Shown: positions 59,252-64,000 of the stretch, piece after piece
Position numbering within the stretch: the first letter of the stretch is position 1
Layout: each line of letters starts with the position of its first letter
Assembly: GCF_002105155.1 (NCBI RefSeq)
Contig: NW_019028994.1
Coordinates: 62,001-126,000, forward strand
Direction: 5' to 3'
DNA: 64,000 bases
Origin: Lobosporangium transversale
Taxonomy: Eukaryota
Translations under genes and position numbers: made by a program
The notes under the pieces: generated by a model
What the model was told of the DNA's origin: nothing
The model's input: only the letters and a program-made list of their open reading frames with translations
Databases searched by the model: none

Positions 59252-60239
59252 ATGGCAGCAAAGCAACAAGGTCAGATTCTATACCTTGGATCTACTGGAT
59301 CAAAGAATGGTCCTGGAGGATCCCTAAGCACTAGGCATGTCTTTTATATATATAATTGTTTTTTATTCATGATTAGATGAAAGGATTAACAAGCAGAATG
59401 GTTGAATGAATGAGTGTTCATTGAGGTTTACTTTCGCTAACCTTTTTTTTTTTTTTTTTTTTTTGTTGCTTAAATAAAGGTTTCAAAAACTTGCTCAAGC
59501 ACGCAACAGTGGTATCACGATTGTCAATCAACCTGTGGCAGGCGCAGACCCTGTCGGTGGTCGTGGACTAGGTCTTGGCTACAAAACAGGAACCTCCCCA
59601 TCAGGGCTAACGGGTCAACGTATTATTACAAATAACAAGCGAGGAGGGACAGGAATAGAAGCAGGAGCAGGAGTTAAAGGACTGTCTTTAACAGCCTCTG
59701 GGAAGGGTCTTCACACCCCTGGAGGACTGGCTAGAGCCATGCAGGAACGCGGAACAGGAGTAACGGATGAATTCCTGTTGGCGCCAGCTGTTGCTCTTGG
59801 GGGCTCGCCAGGCCATGAAGGCAGAAATGGAAAGAAAGGAGGGCCTGTTTCTAGAAATATCAAGGGTACCAGCAATCACCCTAATCATACTCAATCTAAT
59901 CGACACAAGGCGATGGTATTAGGAAATCGTCCTGGAAGGAAACAATCAGGAAAGAGCTCAAGTACATCGTCGTCATCATCAAGTCCACAGCTACAATCTA
60001 ACAAGAAAGAAAACGGTTTACAGCAACAGAAACAAAAACAAAAAGGAGCAAATGCTAGCAAGGCAACAGCAAAAGGAGCTGGGAAGGCTAAGGGTGCAAA
60101 ACCTGGAAAGCCCGATGTAAAGAGCCTGGATTCGGAATTGGATTCATATATGATGGCCAACAGCCATACAGCAGCAAGTCTACTTGACAATGATTTAGAC
60201 TCTTACATGGCAGAAAGATCAGAAGATGCATCCTGGTGA
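59252..60239 (+). CDS. CHTOP / Friend-of-PRMT1-like RNA-export adaptor with duplicated C-terminal motif
   Basis: Exons 59252-59334 and 59480-60239 (GC-AG intron) give SLSTRF at the junction. G/K/R-rich middle and duplicated LDSELDSYM...LDNDLDSYM C-terminus. Confidence 0.82.
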
Positions 60240-60665
60240 TTGCTTTTACTATTCTACCTATTTATCTACCTACCTACCTTCCTATCAACCAATCTATCAA
60301 GTTACCTCTCTTTTTCTTTTTGCTTTCCTTTTCTGGGACAAAGCATCGCATTACCGTCGCTAACGATTTAATATCCTCTTTTCCTGCTTGACGAAGGAAA
60401 GAGGGAGGATACATTTTTTAAAAATAAAACAATTCAAGTACGACAGATGTTCCTGAGTACAAAGACCCTTAAGCACGTTGACTCTCAATGTCTGTGCGAA
60501 TCAAATTGATCCAGCAATCCCATATTCAATAAAAATAGGCTTTTTGCATGTTAAGCTCCTTCTCCCATCTCCACGTTTTTCGACTGCCTCTTTCCTCTTT
60601 TTTGTCCATTCAGCTCTTGGTTCCGCTTTAAACCATCGCCAGCACTTTCAATAAAAAAAATAGAC

Positions 60666-60777
60666 ATGGCTTACAGCACACGGCAGAGGTAAATCGTGGA
60701 GTCGAAGAAAAAAAAAACTCCATCATAGACTGCAGAGATTCCCGATTCCATGTAGACTTTTAAACCCTCCTCTTTCA

Positions 60778-60809
<32 letters not shown>

Positions 60810-61572
60810 CCTAACGCAAACTCGTCCTTTCATGGAAATGTTTTTATAATAATTACTATATTAATAGGCAGCAAAATGCCTGGCAACGGAATCAACTTTT
60901 TGCTGAGAGCAACACACCATCATCATCAGGGCGAAGCACACCTTATGACCCAGCACGCATGTCGGACCGGGAATTACTTTCATTGGAAAGTCAAAACGAT
61001 GAGGAGCTTTCCGGATTGCATTCCAAGGTAGCAATGCTAAAGAAGGTACGACATGGAGTAGCAAAATGAGGACGATGTCTTTGAAGGAATGGAAAAAAAT
61101 AAGAAAAAGACGTTGGAACTATGGAGCGTGCTTTTACTGTTTTATATAATGCCCAAAGAAGAAGAAGAAAAAGGAATTAAGAAAAAAAAAAAACAACGAT
61201 TTTTTATTTTTTTTTTATTATGTTTGGTAGATCACAATGGACATTGGACAAGAAGTTCGTGATTCAACGACTTTCATTAGTGAATTGGTAAGGCTTTTAT
61301 TCTTCCTCTTTTATTTACTCAGGAATATATCTTTTAAGCAGAAGGGGGGTTCAATGAGCTTACGAATTCACCTTTGATCTATGTGTCTACGGGATGAATT
61401 TTCACTTTTAAAATAGGATCAAGACTTTGGACGGACAGGAGGATTATTGAACACAACGTATACACGACTAAAGGTCATGGCATCAACACAGAATGGTCGA
61501 TACATGTGCTATATGGTCTCATTTTGCATTTTCGTGTTTTTCTTTGCTTATTTCTTCATATACCGCCGTTAA
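60666..61572 (+). CDS. BET1: Qc-SNARE Bet1
   Basis: Four exons: MAYSTRQR, ...LESQNDEELSGLHSKVAMLKK, ITMDIGQEVRDSTTFISEL, and DQDFGRTGGLLNTTYTRLKVMA...TM...YRR*. Absent from the ORF track because the exons are short. Confidence 0.9.
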
Positions 61573-61895
61573 TTGCATATACATGTCTGTTAATTTGATG
61601 AATAAATATATTATATACAGATATACAAGCGGATAATTAAAGTGCAATGAAATGAACCATGCATATGCAAGAAAATAGGATGTTCTCCTGGCTACATATT
61701 CTAAGCTTAGACCATACGCCGTAATATTACCTTGCAGAGAGCAATTGAGTCTCGCGCCACCAAATTTATAGGCTCATTCTCATTGAAAGAGGAATGAGAA
61801 AGAGAATACATACTTGAAGTCTCTAATTTTTTTTTTTTTTTCTATTTTCTTTATTTATTTTTTTTTATTTTTGCCTCCAAGTAGTTTGTTTATTA

Positions 61896-62608
61896 TTATG
61901 GAGCAGTTCTGATATTAAACATGTTAATAAAAGAGACCTGACCACCATCAACAACTGCAAACAGAACTTTGGGCCATTCTGGTGCGATTTTCTTCTTTTT
62001 TTCTTTATCAGATTTGGATCCAGTAGTAGTAGTAGTAGTGGTGGTGGTGGTGGTAGTAGCAGTAGCTACTGTTGTAGGTGTAGTGGTGGTGGTAGTAGCG
62101 AGAGTAGTAGCAGGAGTAGTAGCAGGAGTAAGAGTAGTGGAAGTGGTAGCGGGAGTAGCTGCAGTAGTGGTAGTAGGTGTTGTAGTAGTAGATGTAACGA
62201 TAGCAGTATTGCTCGCCAAAACATCTCGAGATATGACCTCTTCCTGCGCTGGATCTGGTTGACCACTCATCATACCCTTTAGTTCATCAAGAGAAGGCAA
62301 GGAAGCATCAGCGTGGACAACGACAACTCGATAATCTGGAATACCTGGTTGTCGCTTCTTAAAAGTACCCGCAGGTTTGTAAACATCAAAATCAATTCTA
62401 TGATTTCCATTGATATCTATGGTGTCTTGGTTACCACTGACTGTGGAATGAGTCCGTTTTTCTGAATGAGTAGGAGCAGAAGCTGGAGCACGAGCAGGAT
62501 CAAGAGCAGGATCAGAAGTAGGTGTCTGTTGGACAAGGCGCATCGTGGGTATAATCTGTAGTTTCTGTAAAATCTGATCTAGGAGTTATTTAATGAGGAA
62601 AAAACGTT

Positions 62609-62648
<40 letters not shown>

Positions 62649-63693
62649 AAAGATAAAATAAATTAAAATAAATAAAATAAGAGGAATAATGCTTTACTGT
62701 AAGACAGCTGATCGTTGTGAGCAACAAGAGGTCGGCTAGAGGGACTATTCCAGATAGTTGGGATGGATCCCAATCTCAGCCCTAGCCCGACAATGCTTGT
62801 TATTGCTCCTCTCCATGATGCAGTAAAATAGTTCCAGAATAATGACCACCATTTCAAAACGCTTGTCCAGGGCCTTATGAGCGCTTGGCTTTGTGATTTT
62901 AGCTTATCCTGAGCTCCAGATCCACGTACATGGCTATCATAGGTCCCAGGTCTAATGACAATAAAGCCCAGTCGCTTAAGATATGCATATGTGATGTATC
63001 TATCCATTGCTATTGAGGCATTGTTCTTGCGCTCTTTCCCTGAAACAGTCTGTTGAGCTTGAGCTTGAGCTTGAGCCTGTGAGAGATAGACATTCCACAT
63101 CTGCTGCACAGTCATATTATTGCCATGATAGTCAACCAAGAATGATCCACGATCGACAAGATAAAGTGCCTCTTCTGGATAGAGATAGATTTGCCCATGT
63201 AGAGTATGTCCCATGCTCACAAAATGCGTCCCTCTATTTACTGTCAACCTGAACAAACCAAGCCCCGGGTCGTAGACAGCACAGGAAAATGTCCGTCTAT
63301 TTTAAAGAGAAGAGTGTTACTAAAAAAAAAAAAAAAAATAAAGATCTCAGAACGTTATTATATGGTAATATTTCGTTCCGAATCTACTTACTCAGCAGCA
63401 TGACGCTCTTCAGAAAGAACTTGAAAGTAGGCGTCAAGTTTCTCTTCAAGTAAAGCTGGGTTCTGGGACTCTTTGCCTTGCTTACTTGGTAGAGCTTGTG
63501 AAGATGAAGCATCCTTGCCTCTGTTAGAAAAGAACTGTTAGACATAAACGGCTCAGAAAAAGAAAAGAAATAAAAAAATAATAAATAAATAAAATCATTT
63601 GAGTGATATGGAGATGATGTACCCTTTGGAGCCGCTCAGAAGGGTACGAAAGTCTGGATGTTGGTCATTGTCGTCCTGATCCGCTGCATCCAT
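61896..63693 (-). CDS. SEN54: tRNA-splicing endonuclease subunit Sen54
   Basis: ATG 63693 (MDAADQDDNDQHPDFR). Motifs GTHFVSMGH, LYPEEALYLVDRGS, YAYLKRLGFIV, FDVYKP..FKKRQPGIPD and AVVDGGQVSF. A Thr-rich insert lies near 62020-62200. Confidence 0.92.
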
Positions 63694-64000
63694 GCTAATG
63701 AATTATAGAATGAGCTGCGCCTTGCGGTGAGCACAGGGTTGATCAATTAATATCACGTGCAAAATTTTACCCACAGACGTTTTTTCATCATTGCATGTCT
63801 GTGCCTGAACTTTTATTTTTTAATTTGGTGGCGCACATACCGTTGGACAGGGATCTGACATTGATCATTTGGGCCAAGCAAGAGCTTTTTTTTGGAGTAA
63901 CATTGGGGGAATTGTTATACTAAAGAACCTAATCTAAAGCCAAGTAGTATTTCCAACCTGTGGGATGCATGGAGATCTCCCGATCTTTCTAAGGAAAGGA

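Noticed and set aside
11932..59380. Many short ORF-track entries rich in poly-Phe/poly-Lys, or antisense to real genes
   Set aside because: They are artefacts of A/T homopolymers, microsatellites and shadow frames, with no protein-like content.
16575..61572. BOS1 and BET1, or COX10, RCF1-like and the ferric reductase, as a functional gene cluster
   Set aside because: They are separated by tens of kb of unrelated housekeeping genes, so chance linkage is sufficient.

Overview
This is eukaryotic, intron-rich, gene-dense fungal DNA, most likely Mortierellaceae. That call is inferred from the Arm-NACHT-pentapeptide-WD40 gene architecture, a class IV chitin synthase, PRM1 and MID1; long poly(dA:dT) tracts are very frequent. 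I assembled about 21 apparently intact protein-coding genes by hand from splice signals: TAP42 (partial), COX10, a DUF866/CZIB zinc protein, PRM1, RAV2/Rogdi, a S/T/P-rich single-pass protein, ALE1/LPCAT, BOS1, an unknown mitochondrial protein, a HIG1/RCF1-like protein, a ferric reductase, a PhnP-like metallo-beta-lactamase, MID1, NEM1, NFX1/FAP1, chitin synthase, a secreted repeat protein, a prion-like coiled-coil protein, a CHTOP/FoP protein, BET1 and SEN54. There are two decayed accessory islands. The first is a carboxylesterase C-terminal fragment back-to-back with a RecQ-helicase relic that the ORF track misses (6.0-7.0 kb). The second is an NLR-like gene whose Arm+NACHT half is intact while its WD40 sensor half is full of lesions (29.9-35.3 kb). 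Notable non-coding signals are three exact ATCTGATAA (SreA/Fep1-type) sites upstream of the ferric reductase, a Hac1/XBP1-like element shared by BOS1 and BET1, a candidate poison microexon in BOS1, two GC-AG introns and CACGTG sites in many proximal promoters. I recognised no rRNA, tRNA, CRISPR array or intact transposon. Family calls rest on recalled motifs; no searches were run.
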